The notes below the pieces were generated by a model. It had not been told where the DNA came from. It was given only the letters and a program-made list of their open reading frames with translations, and searched no databases. From NCBI RefSeq assembly GCF_009914755.1, contig NC_060929.1: a stretch of 64,000 bases of DNA. One strand, 5' to 3'. Both the position numbers and the translations under genes were made by a program. This DNA is from the human T2T-CHM13v2.0 reference genome, Homo sapiens. This document shows, in pieces, positions 13,231 through 26,472 of the stretch; the stretch's first letter is position 1, and each line of letters opens with the position of its first letter.

Positions 13231-13547
13231 CATAATTTTGATCAACGTGTTATGCATTCCAACTTCTAAGTGGAAAATTTTACTAATGCCAGCAAAGTCT
13301 ATGGAAATTTTATTCTGCATCATTGAAAACACAGAATTTCCTATAGAAACAAAATTATCCCTGTATATTCTAATGTGCTCATATTGGTTTAATTTGATCA
13401 TTCTATTATTTGTGCTTCATGCTTTTGGGGGCATTTTGGTGTTGTGGAAGAGGCTGAGGGATCTTTACAGATCTTATAAGACAGATCAATGAGACAGAGT
13501 CTCATAGATATTGCCTTTCAATTCCCCAAATAGATAAATCTATACAT

Positions 13548-13770
13548 TGTGGTTCATTATAAAGTGCAATTCACTTGAACTCAGATGGACCTGGTATTAG
13601 ATCTAGACCCATCACATACTAGCTGTGTGTGAAGTTTAGGCAAGTCATCCTTCATTAAGTTAGAATACTGATTCAGGTACCTCCTCCCTTACTCAAATTA
13701 GAGGATTGTAAGTATTCTCTGGATCAAGATTTATAAAGGGACTTTGCAAAATGCAAAACTACACAGAGAT
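13548..13770 (+). mobile_element. MIR
   Basis: tcagatggacctgg...tactagctgtgtg...taggcaagtca MIR core. Confidence 0.65.
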
Positions 13771-13924
13771 AAAAATAAAGATTAACATCACACATCCCAT
13801 AAGGTCTAGTTTTGGATGTTTGTTTTCTTAACATCTTTTTTTTTGATATGCTAAAAACTGTAATATGGTAAAAAAATAAAATAAAATAAATCAACTGCTT
13901 TCCGCTTAAAATGCCCTGCCAAGG

Positions 13925-14050
13925 TTTTTTTCTTTTTTCTTTTTAATTATTATTATACTTTAAGTTTTAGGGTACATATGCACAATGTGCAGGTTAGTTA
14001 CATATGTATACACATGCCATGCTGGTGTGCTGCACCCATTAACTCGTCAT
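13925..14050 (-). mobile_element. very short young L1PA 3' end (about L1PA2-4)
   Basis: tattatactttaagttttagggtacat...caggttagttacatatg...gctgcacccattaactcgtcat. Confidence 0.93.
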
Positions 14051-14188
14051 TTAACATCTTTTAAAATGATTTTAGTGTATTTTAGTATTGCACTCTTTAG
14101 GTAATGACCAAGATGAAGCTACACATGACTCTGGCAAGTTTATTATTGGTTTACTAAATCTATAAGTAGGCAATGAATGATCAAAAAC

Positions 14189-17100
14189 TTTTTTATTTTT
14201 TATATATTTCTAAATTTATTTTTAGTAGACATGTAATGACTGTATATATTTGGGGGCTACAGCATATTTCAATACATGTACATGCTGTGTAATGATCAAA
14301 TAAGGTTAATCAGGATATCCATCCCCAAACATTGATCATTTCTTTGCATTGGGAACATTAAAATTCTCTCTTCTAACTTTTTGAACACATACAATAAATT
14401 ATTGTTAACTGTATTCACCCTGCAGTGCTATAGAACACTAGGACTAATTCTTCCCATCTAGCTGAATCCACTAACCAACCTCTATCCTCTCCTCCCTTCT
14501 ACCTTCCTAGGCTGTAATAATCATAATTCTATTCTCTACTTCTATGAGCTCTTTTTTTTTAACATCTCACATTTGAGTGAGAAGTTGAGGAATTTCTCTT
14601 TTAGTGTCTGACATTTCATTTAATATAATGTCCATCAGGTTTATACATGCTGCCATTCATGACATGAGTCAATTGTCTTATGGTTAAATAATATTCCATT
14701 GTGTATATATACCACATTTTCTATATCAATTCATGTGTTGATTACCCTTCAGCTTGATTCCTTATCTTGGCTATTGTGAATAGTGCTGCAGTAAACATGA
14801 GAGTGCTAATATCTCTTCAATAAACTGATTTACTTCTCCTTCTATAAATGTCCAATAATGGGATTGCTAGATTATATAAAAGTCCTATTAATATTTTTAG
14901 ACTTTTGAGAAACTTCCAAAATGTTTTCCATAATGGCTATACTTACATTCCCACCAAATGTGTTAAGTGTTTTCTCTGCAACCTTCATAGCATCTGTTTT
15001 TTGTTTTGTTTTGTTTTGTTTTTGTTTTTTTGTTTGTCTTTTTGATAATAGCCATTCTACCTGGGGTGAGATGATAATCTTATTGTAATTTTGATTTACA
15101 TTTCCCTCCTGATTAGTGATGGTGAACATTTTTTCATTTACTTGTTGGCCATTTGTATGTCTTCTTTTAATAAATATCTATCCAGATTATTTGCTTATTT
15201 ATTTAATCAGATATTAGTTTGTTTCCTGTCGAGTTATTTGAGTTCCACTAATTTCTCTGGATATTAGTGCCTTGATAACCTAATAATTTGCAAATATTTT
15301 CTCCCATTCTATAGGTTGTCTCTTCATCCTGTCGATTGTTTCCTTTGTCATGCAGAAGCTTTCAGTTTGATACAGTCCGTTTGTCTATTTTTGTTTTTGT
15401 TGCCTTTGCTTCTGTAGTCTTACTCATAAAAATATTTTCCGCAAGCATTGTCCTAAAGCATTTCCCTTCTGTTTTCATCTTGTAGTTTCATAGTTTCCAT
15501 TCTTATCCATTTTGAGTTGATTTTTTTTATTTGGTGAGAGATAGGCCTCTAGTTTCATTCTCCTGCATATGGATATCCAGTTTTCTCAGCACCAGTTAAT
15601 TAAGAGGGTGTCTTTTCCCCATTTTGTGTCCTTAGCACTTTTATAAAAAAGCAGTTGACTGTACATGACATTCTTCTGGGTTTTCAATTTTGTTTCATTT
15701 GTCTACATATCTGTTTTTATACCAATATCATGCTTTTGGGTTACTCTTGCTTTGTAGTATATTCTGAAGTTAGGTCAGGTGGGTGATTCATCCAGACTTT
15801 TTTTTTTTCCTCAGTATTGCTTTGGCTATTCAAGGTCTTTTGTGGTTCTAAACGAATTTTAAGATTGTTTTCTCTATTTCTATAAGGAGTGTTATTGGTA
15901 TTTTGGTAGGAATTGCATTGGATTTATAGATTACTCTCAGTAGCATGGCTATTTTAGCAATATTAAGTCTTCCAATTCAGGAACATGGGATGTCTTTCCA
16001 TTTGTTTATTCCATTTACAATTTCTTTCATCAGTGTTTTGTAGTTTTCATGGTAGAGATATTTCACCTTCTTAATTAAATTTATTCCTATATATTTTACT
16101 TCTTTGTAACTATAGAAAATGGTCTTGCTTTTGTGGACCCAGAAAATCTGAGACTGGTCTCAGTTAATTTAAAATGTTTATTTTGCCAAGGTTGAGGACG
16201 CGCATCTGTGACACAGCCTCAGGAAGTCCTGATGACATATGCCCAAGATTGTCGGGGCACAGCTTGGTTTTATACATTTTAGGAAGAAATGAGACATCAA
16301 TCAATATGTGTAAGAATTCCATTGGTTTGGTCTGGAAAGACAGGACAACTCAAAGCGTAGACAGGAAGACTCAAAGCTGGGGGGAACTTCCAGGTCACAG
16401 ACAGGTGAGAGACAAATGGTGGCATTGTTTCAAGTTTCTGATTAGCCTTTCCAAAGGAGGCAATCAGATGTACATTTATCTCAGTGAGCAGAGGGATAAC
16501 TTTGAATAGAATGGAAGGCAGATTTACCCTAAGCAGTTCCCAGGCTGAATTTTCCCTTTAGCTGGGTAATTTTGGGAGCCCAAGATATTTTCCCTTCACA
16601 GTTTCTTGATTTATTTCTCAGTTTGTTATTGGTGGATAGAAACATCGTTGGTTTTCTATGTTGATTTTGTATTCTACAAAATTACTGAATTTGTTTATCA
16701 GTTCTAAGAGTTTTTTTGGCAGAGTCTTTAGGTTTTTCTATCTACAAGATCATCAAAGAAGGACAATTTGACTTCCTCTTTACCATTATGAATGCCCATT
16801 GTTTCTGTTGTTAATTGCCATGGCTAGAATTTACAGTAAAATGGTGAATAAAATTGGTGAAAGTAGGCATCCTTGTCTTGTTCCAGTTATTAGAGAAAAT
16901 GTTTTCATCTGTCTCATTCAGTATGATGTTAGCTGTAAATCTGTTTTTTGTGTCAAGATATTTTTTCTTCTATGCCTCATTTTTAAATTTTCTTCTTTTT
17001 TTTATTGATCCATTGGTTGTTTAGGAGCATATTGTTTAATTTTTATGTATTTGTATGGTTTTCAAAGCTCTGCTTGTTATTGATTTCTAGTTTTATTTTA

Positions 17101-18870
17101 CTGTGATCTGAGAAGATACTTGATATAATTTTCATATTTTAAAATTTTCATTCAGATTGGTTTTGTGGCCTGGCATATGGTCTTTCCTGGAGAATGTTCT
17201 ACATGCTGATCAGAAAAAATGTGTATGCTGTACCTATTGAATGAAATGTTTCATTTGTCTACATATCTCTTTTTATACCAATATCATGCTTTTGGGTTAC
17301 TCTTTCATTGGTGACATTGGTCTTTAAAGTAATTTAAGTCTGATGGTTCTATGTTAATTTTTTTTTTCTACATTGATCTTTCCAGTTTGAAAATAAAGTG
17401 CTGTAGTCCCCAGCTACTATTGTATTATTGTATCTCTCTTTTTACCTCTAATATTTGCTTCATATATTAGTGCCCCCATTATTGTGTGCATATATGTTTA
17501 TAATTGTTATATCCTTTTACAGTTTTGGTCCTCTTATTATGTAATAACCTTGTCTCTTTATGTTTTCCCAATACAGTCTATTTTGTCTGATATAAGTATT
17601 GTTACTCCTGTATGCTTTCGAATTGCATTCGTGTAAAATCTCATTTTTCTAATTTCTTCAATTTTATTCTGTGTCTTCACAGGTGAAGTCAGTTTTTCAT
17701 AGGTGGTCTAAAACTGCATTTTGCTTTTTTAAAAAAAGAATTCATTCAGCCAGGACATATCTTTTAATTGGGGAATTTACACCATTTGTACTCCAGGTCG
17801 TTATTGATAGGTAGAGAGTTACTCCTGTTATTTTGTTAATTGTGTTCTGATTGTTTTATATATTCATTATTTCCTTGCCTTTTATTATTTATCTTTATGG
17901 TTTGATGGTTTTTAGTAGTGGTAATGTTTGATTCCTTTCTCTTTATTATTTGCGTATATGATCTACCAGTGAGTTTTATACTTTTGTATGTTTTTATCAT
18001 GGCACATATAAACATTTTGCTTCCAGATATGGGACACTCCTAAACATTTCTTGAAGGGTTAGCCTAGTGGTGGACTTTTCTTGGATTTTGCTTGTCTGGG
18101 AAAGACTTTATTTCTCTTTTATTTTTGAAAAATAAGTTTGCTGGTATAATATTCTCAGATGATGGTTTTTGTTTTCTTTCAGCACATTTAATATATCACA
18201 CTGTTTTCTCCTGGTTTATATGGGTTCTGCTGAGAAATTTTCTGGTAGCCTTATAGAGTTTCCTTTATGGTGACTTGATGATTTTCTCTCTGTATTTAGA
18301 ATTATCTCTTTCTCTTTGACTTTTGACAGTTTGAGTATAATGTGCCTCAAATATAATCTTTTTGGGTTGCATTTACTTTGGGAACATTGAGCTCCCTATA
18401 TCAAAATTTTTATTTCTATCCCAAGACTTAGGCATTTTTCAGCTATTATTTTATTAGTAATAAATAGGTTTTCTATGGCTTTTCCCACCTTTATCCTTCT
18501 GGAGCTCCTAAAATGCAACAGTTTGCTCACTAAATGTTATTCCATGTCACATGGGCATTCATCTTATATTTATTTGTCTGACTGGGTTATTTCAAAAAAT
18601 CCGTACTTAAATTTATAAATTATTCTGCTTGATCCAGTCTATTATTGAAGCTCTTAGTTGTAATTATATTTAATTCCTTAAATTATTTTATTCCATAATT
18701 TCAATTTGGTTGTTTTTTATGATATCTGAACAAAACCAAATTGGTTGAGTTCTCATTCAGATCATGAAGTAATTTCTTTGTATTTTCTCTCTGTGTTTCC
18801 TTGAACCTTATTTAGCTTTCTTAAGATCATTATTTTGAATTATTTATCATGCATTTTATATGTTTCTTTT
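14189..18870 (-). mobile_element. L1MA (about L1MA3-4) with 3' UTR, ORF2 (internal deletion near 16980) and part of ORF1
   Basis: L1MA-type antisense 3' end (tgtgtaatgatcaaataagg...ttgggaacatt...gtgctatagaacactag) followed by continuous T-rich antisense L1 sequence. Confidence 0.9.
16132..16600 (-). mobile_element. MER4A/MER4A1 solo LTR (ERV1) inserted in L1MA
   Basis: TG...CA termini. Reverse complement starts tgtgaagggaaaatatcttggg...taaagggaaaa, as in MER4A. L1 sequence is contiguous across it. Confidence 0.88.
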
Positions 18871-19474
18871 CAAAAAACATATTATTGACTTCAATAAAGT
18901 TTAATCACAATTTTACCACGAGAAGAATGAGTCATATTAAATATAATTTTTCATTGAGGTAACAAATATAGGTTAGAATAATGTCATGGCATGTCATTTA
19001 TGCTATCAAAATAGTCACTACCTTGTTTTTGTCCTGAACTAAACCTTCTAGTAGTGAATAATTTTAGTAATATTTATTCTAATTTCTGTTATTGTGACAA
19101 AAAGTCATTTGAGTAGTTTCTCAATTAACATTCCATAAATCATAAGCTAATCTTCTACTAAAACCAAGAAGCTTAAAATGCATCCTTCATCTCAAAGTTA
19201 ATACATTTGAAATATTATAGATGTATATATAATCATTATTATAAACAATTTTTAATATCTTGGGAATTTAATATATTTTTAAATTTATTTTCTAGTATAC
19301 ATAAATGTTAATTTTCATTTATTCCACTTAAAGCAAACCATTTGATATGTAAAAAACACAATCCAAATTGTTTTCAGTTCTTAGGTGTTGCTCGTAGCAT
19401 TATATTTCCACATGGAGCTGGATGACTACTGGATGAATAAAATAAAAATAATGTTCAGGTTTCAGGAATTATCA

Positions 19475-19768
19475 GGCTGTTAAGGTGACTCACAGTTTTA
19501 ATTACAGTGTTTTGGGAAACCGAGGCAAGAGGATTGCTTGAGGACAAGAGTTTGAGACCAGCCTGGGTAACATAGCGAGACATCATCTCTGTAAAATCTA
19601 CAGGCATGCGCCTGTAATCCCAGCTCCTCAGGAGGCTGTGGTGGGAGGATCACTTGAGCCCAGCAGTTTGAGGCCACAGTGATCTGTGATCACTCCACTG
19701 CTTTCTAGGTTGGGTGACGGAGCAGAATCCAATCTCTAAACTAAATTTAAATAAATTTAAATTAAAAA
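19475..19768 (+). mobile_element. AluJ with deleted central linker
   Basis: gaggattgcttgag...gagaccagcctgggtaacatagcgagac and right arm ggaggatcacttgagccc; gaattatca / gaatcatca flanks. Confidence 0.9.
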
Positions 19769-20203
19769 GAATCATCATTTTTTATAATTGTCTCATTCAT
19801 GGTGATCTAATGAGCAAGGAACAAGAATAGTATGCCCTGAATCATCATCGTGTTGTAAGACATATTTTCTATTCAAGAAATGAAGATATTAGGAACAGGT
19901 TTATTACTATAATTATTACTAATTATATAGCACTTAAAAATGTCGGGACTACAACCCCAAATAGGCCAATTTTTGTGGTTTGAAAATATCTCTTGAGTAC
20001 TTTTCCATTTGGGGCAGTCATACACTTTCCCTTTGCTAAGTATTACTTTGCTAAGCGAAAGTATTTTGTTCAATGGGAGGATTTGTCAGAACACGATGTC
20101 AGGCAAATGTTATCATCTTCACATGGTCCATATAATCTTATACCTGGAAACAGAAAATAGACTATATTCTTAAAGACTTCTCACATATATTATATTAGCT
20201 AAC

Positions 20204-21255
20204 TGTATTGGTTACCCTGCAGAACTGGAATCCTATTGCAGGGCAGTTCTCCTGGTGGCTTTGAACCAATGCAGTTCTTCCCTTTTACTTCCTTATGGTC
20301 CTCAACAATAACTGTAGAATGTGCTGGAGATGTAATATCCTGAGATACAAACAAATTGTTGGCAACAACCCAGGCCTTTTTCCTATCTCTCCTATGGATG
20401 TAACATCTTGAGTTAGGGAGAAACTTCCCACGATAGTCCAAGCTTTATTCTTCTGTCTCCTAGAAGCAGGATATTCCTCAAAGCTCAGTATGTCACATTG
20501 CCCGATGTATACAACCTAGGGTAGACTGCCTTTTGGGATTCCTCAGAGTAGTGAAAAATAGGAAATATGCAGCCAAGACTCCATCTGCCCTGGGCAGCTT
20601 TCTTGAGGTGTGGGGTACAGGCTTACAATGTATCCAATATTATTTTGGTCCATGGATGCCTAAGTATATGTAATAATTTGTTTGACATAAGTTGTGTATG
20701 AATGGGTAATGTCTCACTTGACTCAGAAAAATTGGTAATCAGTGGATGACGGACATAAGTAGTAGCTCAGAATGCAGTCAGTATAGCACATGGACTCCTG
20801 TTTCTGGTGGTTGGAATAGTGATGACATTTTCTAGCCTCCACAAAGTGGGAGTTTTCTCTTAGAATCAGTAATTAGTAAACCTCCTCACACCTACTCCAA
20901 AATTTGATTCAGATGCTAAGACTGATGATACTTACATCATTTAAGAAGGTATGAAAAGATTTATTGCTCACACAATGAGGCTTTCAGGGCAAGCCCCCAA
21001 GAAATCCAAAGATAGCTTGAGAAAACAGGGAGAAATGACTGGCTTTAGGTTTTGTGGTTTTGAAGAAGTAAAGTAAGGGTTCCCTTGCATGGACTGTGAC
21101 TTCTTTGGTTTGAACTTGCCATCAGCACCAAAGGAAGAATCACCTGAGATTTTTATCAGCTTGCCCAGATATAGGACCAAAGGAGAAGGGGAGTGGTGGG
21201 ACTTGAAAACTGTAAGCAGTCAAACATCAATATTGGAGTAAGACACTTTATTAAA
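20204..21255 (-). mobile_element. ERVL-class solo LTR (LTR47-like) split by a nested LTR
   Basis: ccaaaatttgattcagatg...gtatgaaaagatttatt...agcagtcaaacatcaa...ggagt resembles antisense LTR47; short remainder at 20204-20236. Confidence 0.55.
20237..20890 (+). mobile_element. ERVL-class solo LTR (MER54/MER73/MER74 group)
   Basis: TG...CA ends, flanks cctat/cctac, motifs aataactgtagaatgtgctgg...atcctgagata and gactccatctgccctgggcagcttt. Confidence 0.7.
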
Positions 21256-21504
21256 ATTAATCCTTTATGTTTGGCTGAGGACTAAAATGTGCCATGTTTC
21301 ATTTAATTGCAATTGAATATGTTTAATTGTTTTATTATGGGGCTCTGTGAGACATGTAGCCTGAGACTGCTAAGACAGGTGAAAGTTCCATTGCATGCCT
21401 TATTTAAGAGCCCAGCATTGCATATTTTGAGAAGTTAAATGACTGACTTAATAGCTGTCAACACTTAGAAATTCAAAGGGGGTATGTAATGTCTTTTTCT
21501 AAGA

Positions 21505-21651
21505 AATTTGTTATTTTTAATTTTTGTGGGTACATAGCAGGTATATATATTTATGGTGTATATGAGATATTTTGTTACAGGCATACAATGTGTAATAATC
21601 ACATCATGGTAGATGGAGTATCCATCACCTCAAGCATTTATCCTTTGTGTT
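21505..21651 (-). mobile_element. L1MA1/2-like 3' end fragment
   Basis: tttttgtgggtacatag...caggcatacaatgtgtaataatcacatc...ccatcacctcaagcatttatcctttgtgtt. Confidence 0.85.
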
Positions 21652-24600
21652 CAGGTGTGCAATATCTTCATTAGGACTTGTGTAGTGGCTTTAGTATGTG
21701 TAAAAACTTGTGTGACTTGGATTTATATTTTGAGTGTCTGTAAGGCAAGAGATTTCCAGAGGGAGAAAGCTTGGATAAGTAATCGATGTTGTTGCCATTG
21801 TAATAGACCATGTAGCCAGTCCGCTGGTAATGGTTTATACCTATAAAATTTCAAGCGAATCCAGTTTCTGATCAAGACATCTAGTGATAATATGCTCGCC
21901 TGATGTTTGGGAAATCAGGATGATTTGCAAGTAGCAGCAAATATGTATGTGCTTAAGTAAATTTATAACAAGAGGGAGAGCCTAAGCTGACCAGGGGCAG
22001 AAGCAGTACCTAAGAACAGCACAGATGCTCTATGAAAGCATGGCCAGACTGCTTCTTCAGGCAAGCCGTCAATCCAAGTCCTCCTGACTGCGTGAGACCT
22101 TCAACTAGGGTCTCCAGCCAGCTCCTACAGGTGCATTTGGGAAAGCAACAGTTCTGTACCTCCCTGGGACAGAGCTCCCAGATGAAGGGGCAGGATGCCA
22201 TCTTTTCTGTTTTGTAGCCTGCACTTGTGAGACCTTGAAGTACTGAAAAATCCAAGATGACTAGGGACTAGAGCAGATCCCCAGCAAACTGCAGCATCCC
22301 TATGGAAAAATGGCCAGACTGTTAAGAGAAAAAAAATCCAAAGGCCAGCAACAACAAAGATTGAAGATAGATAAACCTACAAAGATGAGAAAGAATCAGC
22401 ACAAGAATGCTGAAAACTCAAAAAGCCAGTGTGCCCTCTTTCCTCCAAATGACTTTATCACATCTCCAGCAAGGGTTTGGATCTAGGCTGAGACAAGATG
22501 GCTAAAATGACAGAAGTAGAATTTATAATATGGATAAAACCAAACTTTACTGAGCTAAAGGAGTATGTTGTAACCCAATACAAGGAAGCTAAAAATCATG
22601 ATAACACTGAAGAAGCTGAGAAACAAAATAACCAGTACAAAGAAGACCATAACTGATGTGATAGAGTTGAAAAGCACACTACAAGAATTCCGCAACGCAA
22701 TCACAATATTAATAGCAGGGTAGACCAAGCAGTGAAAAGCATCTCAGAGCTTGAAGACTGTCCTTCTGAAATAAGACAGGCAGACAAGAATAGAGAAACA
22801 AGACTAAAAAGGAATGAACAAAACCTCCAAGAAATATGAGATTATGTAAAGAGATCAAATCTATGACTGACTGATGTATCTGAAAGATGGGTAGACTGGA
22901 AACAATTTGGAATACATACTTTAGTATATCATCCATGAGAACTTCCCCAAACTAGCAAGACAGGCCAACTTTCAAATTTGGGAAATGCAGAAAACCCCAG
23001 TAAGATACTCCCTGAGAAGATCATCCCCAAGACACATGATCATCAGATTCTCCCAGGTTGATATGAACAAAAAATATTAAGGACAGCTAGAGAGAAAGGC
23101 AGACCTCTTGACAGAAACCCTACAAGCCAGAAGAGATTGGGGACCAATATTCAACATCCTTAAAGAAAGAATTTCCCACCCAGAATTTTATATCCTGACA
23201 AACTAAGCTTTATAAGCAAAGGAGAAATAAAACCCTTTTCAGATAAGCAAATGATGAGGAAATTCATTACAACTAGACCTACCTTACAGAAACTCCTGAA
23301 GGAAGCACCAAATGTGAAAGGGAAAGATTATTACCACTCCAAAAACACACAGAAGTACACAGACCAGTGACACTATACAGCAACCACATAAACAAGTCTG
23401 CAAAATAATCCGCTAACATCATGATGACAGTACCAAATGCATGGATAGCAATATTAATCTGAAATGTAAATTGACTAAATCGCCCAGTTAAAGACACAGA
23501 GTGGTAAACTGGATAAAGAACAAAGACCAATTGGTATGCTGTTTCGAGACCCATCTCACATGCAATGACACACATAGGCTCAAAATAACGTGCTGGAGGA
23601 AAATTTACCAAGCAAACAAAAAAAAACAAAAAAAGCAGGAGCTGCAATCCAGTTTCTGACAAAACAGATTTTAAACCAATAAAGATTAAAAAAAGACATA
23701 AAAAAGGGCATTAAATAATGGTAAAGGGTTCAATTCAACAAGCAGAGCTAATTTTCTTAAATATGTATGCACCCAACACAGGAGCACCCAGATTCTTAAA
23801 GCAAGTTCTTAGAGACTTTTAAAGAGACATAAACTGCTACAAAATAATAGTGGGAAACATTAACATCCCACTGACAATATTAGACAGATCATCAAGAGGA
23901 AAAATTAACAAAGATATTCGAAACCTGAACTCAGCACTCGATCAAATGGACCTGATAGAGATCTACAGTACTCTGCACCTAAAACCAATAAAATATACAT
24001 TGTTCTCATTGCCACATGGCACTTACGCTAAAATTGATAACATAATCGGAAGTAAAACACTTTTCAGCAAATGTGAAAGAACTGAAATCATAACAAACAG
24101 TCCCTCAGACCATAGCACAATCAAATTAAAACTCAAGACTAAGAAATCAACTCAAAACCATGCAATTACATGGAAATTGAACATCCTGCTTCTGAATTTT
24201 TGGGTAAATAGTGAAATTAAGGCAGAAATAAAGAAGTTTTCTGAAACTAGTGAGAACAAAGAGAAAATGAACCAGAATTTCTGGGACCCAGCAAAGGAAG
24301 TGTTAGGAAGGAAATTTATAGAACTAAATGCCCACATTAAAAATTTAAAAAGATCTCAAATTAAAAACCTAGCATCACAACTAAAAAAACTAGAGAATCA
24401 AGAGCAAACAAACAAATCCCAAAGCTGGCGGAAAACAAGAAATAACTGAAATCAGAGCTGAACTGAAGGAGATAGAGACACAAAAAACATTCAAAAGATC
24501 AACAAATCCAGGAGCTGTTTTTTTTTGAAAACATTAATAAAATAGATAAACTACTAGCTAGACTAATGAAGAAAAGAGAAAAGATTTTAAAAAACACAAT

Positions 24601-25563
24601 CAGAAATGAGAAGGAGGATGTTACCACTGAACCTACAGAAATAAAAACAACCATCAGAGAATATTATAAATGCCTCTATGCATATAAACTAGAAAATCTA
24701 GAAGAAATGTATACATTCCTGGACATATGCACCCTTCCAAGACTTAAACCGGAAGAAGTTGAATCCCTGAAAAGATCAATAATGAGTTCTGAAATTGAGG
24801 CAGTAATAAACAGCGTACCAACCACAAAAAGCCCCAGGACCACAGAGATTCACAGCTGAATTATACCAGATGTACAAATAAGAGCTGGTACCATTCCTAC
24901 TGTAACTATTCCAAAAAATTGAAAAGGAGGGACTCCTCCTTAAATCATTCTATGAGGCCAGCATCATCTTGATAACAAAACCTGGCAGAGATACAACAAA
25001 AAAAGAAAAGTTCAGGCCAATACCTTTGATGAACATTGATGCAAAAATACTTAACAAACTACTGGCAAACCAAGTCTAGCAGCACTTTCAAAAGCTTATC
25101 TACCATGACCAAGTAGGTTTCATCCCTGAGATGCAAGGTTGATTCATTCAACAACACATAAACAGAACTAAAGACAAAAACCACATGATTATCTCAATAG
25201 ATGCAGAAAAGCCTTTTGATAATATTCAACATCCCTTCATATTAAAAACTATCAATAAACTAGGTATTGAAGGAGCATACCTCAAAATAATAGAGTCATA
25301 TATGACAATCCCACAGGCAACATCATAGTGAATAGGCAAAAGCTCGAAACATTCCTCTTGAAAACCAGTACAAGACAAGGATGTCCTCTTTCACCACTAC
25401 TACTCAAGACAGTATTGGATGTTCTGGCCAGGACAATCAGGCAAGAGGCAGAAATAATGGGAATTCAAATAGGAAGAGACAAAATCAAACTATCCCTCTT
25501 TGCACATGACATGATCCTGTATCCAGAAAACTCCATTGTCTCAGCCCAAACATACTTAAGCTG

Positions 25564-25937
25564 CGATATGGTTTGGCTGTGTCCCCATCCAAACCTCATT
25601 TTGAACTGTAGCTCCCATAATCCCCACATGTCATGGGAGGGACCCAGTAGGAGGTATTTGAATCATGGGGGGCAGTTACGCCCATGCTGCTGTTCTTGTG
25701 ATAGTGAGTTCTCACAAAATCTGATGGTTTTATAAGCGGCCTTCCCCCTTTTGCTCGGCACTTCTCCTTCCTGATATCATATGAAGAAGGACATATTTGT
25801 TTCCCCTTCTGCCATGATTGTAAGTTTCCTGAGGCCTCCACAGCCATGTGGAATTGTGAGTCAATTAAACTTCTTTCCTTTATAAATTCCCCAGTCTCTG
25901 GCAGTCCTTTATAGCAGTGTGAGAATGGACTAATACA
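25564..25937 (+). mobile_element. THE1 (C/D-like) MaLR solo LTR inserted in L1 ORF2
   Basis: gatatggtttggctgtgtcccc...gagaatggactaataca with perfect 5-bp TSD agctg (25559-25563, 25938-25942). Confidence 0.95.
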
Positions 25938-26438
25938 AGCTGATAAGCAATTTCAGAAAATTATCAGGATGCAAAATCAATGTGCAAAACTTGCTAACAT
26001 TTCTATACACCAAAAGCATCCAAGCCAAAAGGCAAATCATGAATAAATTCCCATTCACAATTGCCACAAAATGAATAAAACACCTAGGAACACAGTTAAC
26101 TAGGGAGGTGAAAGATCACTACAAGGATAACAGCAGACCACTGCTCAAAGAAACAGAGATGATACAAACAAATGGAAAAACATTCCATGCTCATGAATAG
26201 GAAAAATTAAATGGCTATACTGCAAAAAGCAATGTATAGATTCAATGTTATTCCCATTAGCTACCATTGACTTTTTTCACAGAACTAGAAAAAAGTATTT
26301 TAAAATTCATATTGAACCAAAGAAGAGCCTGAAGAGCTAAGTCAATCCTAAGCTAAAAGAACAAAGCTGGAGGCATCACACTATCTGACTTCAAACTATA
26401 CTATAGGGCTATAGTAACCAAAACAGCATGGTAATATT

Positions 26439-26472
26439 TAAGTAAGTAAGTAAATAAATAAATAAATAAAAT
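26439..26472 (+). repeat. (AGTA)n(AATA)n microsatellite within L1
   Basis: taagtaagtaagtaaataaataaataaataaaata. Confidence 0.85.
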
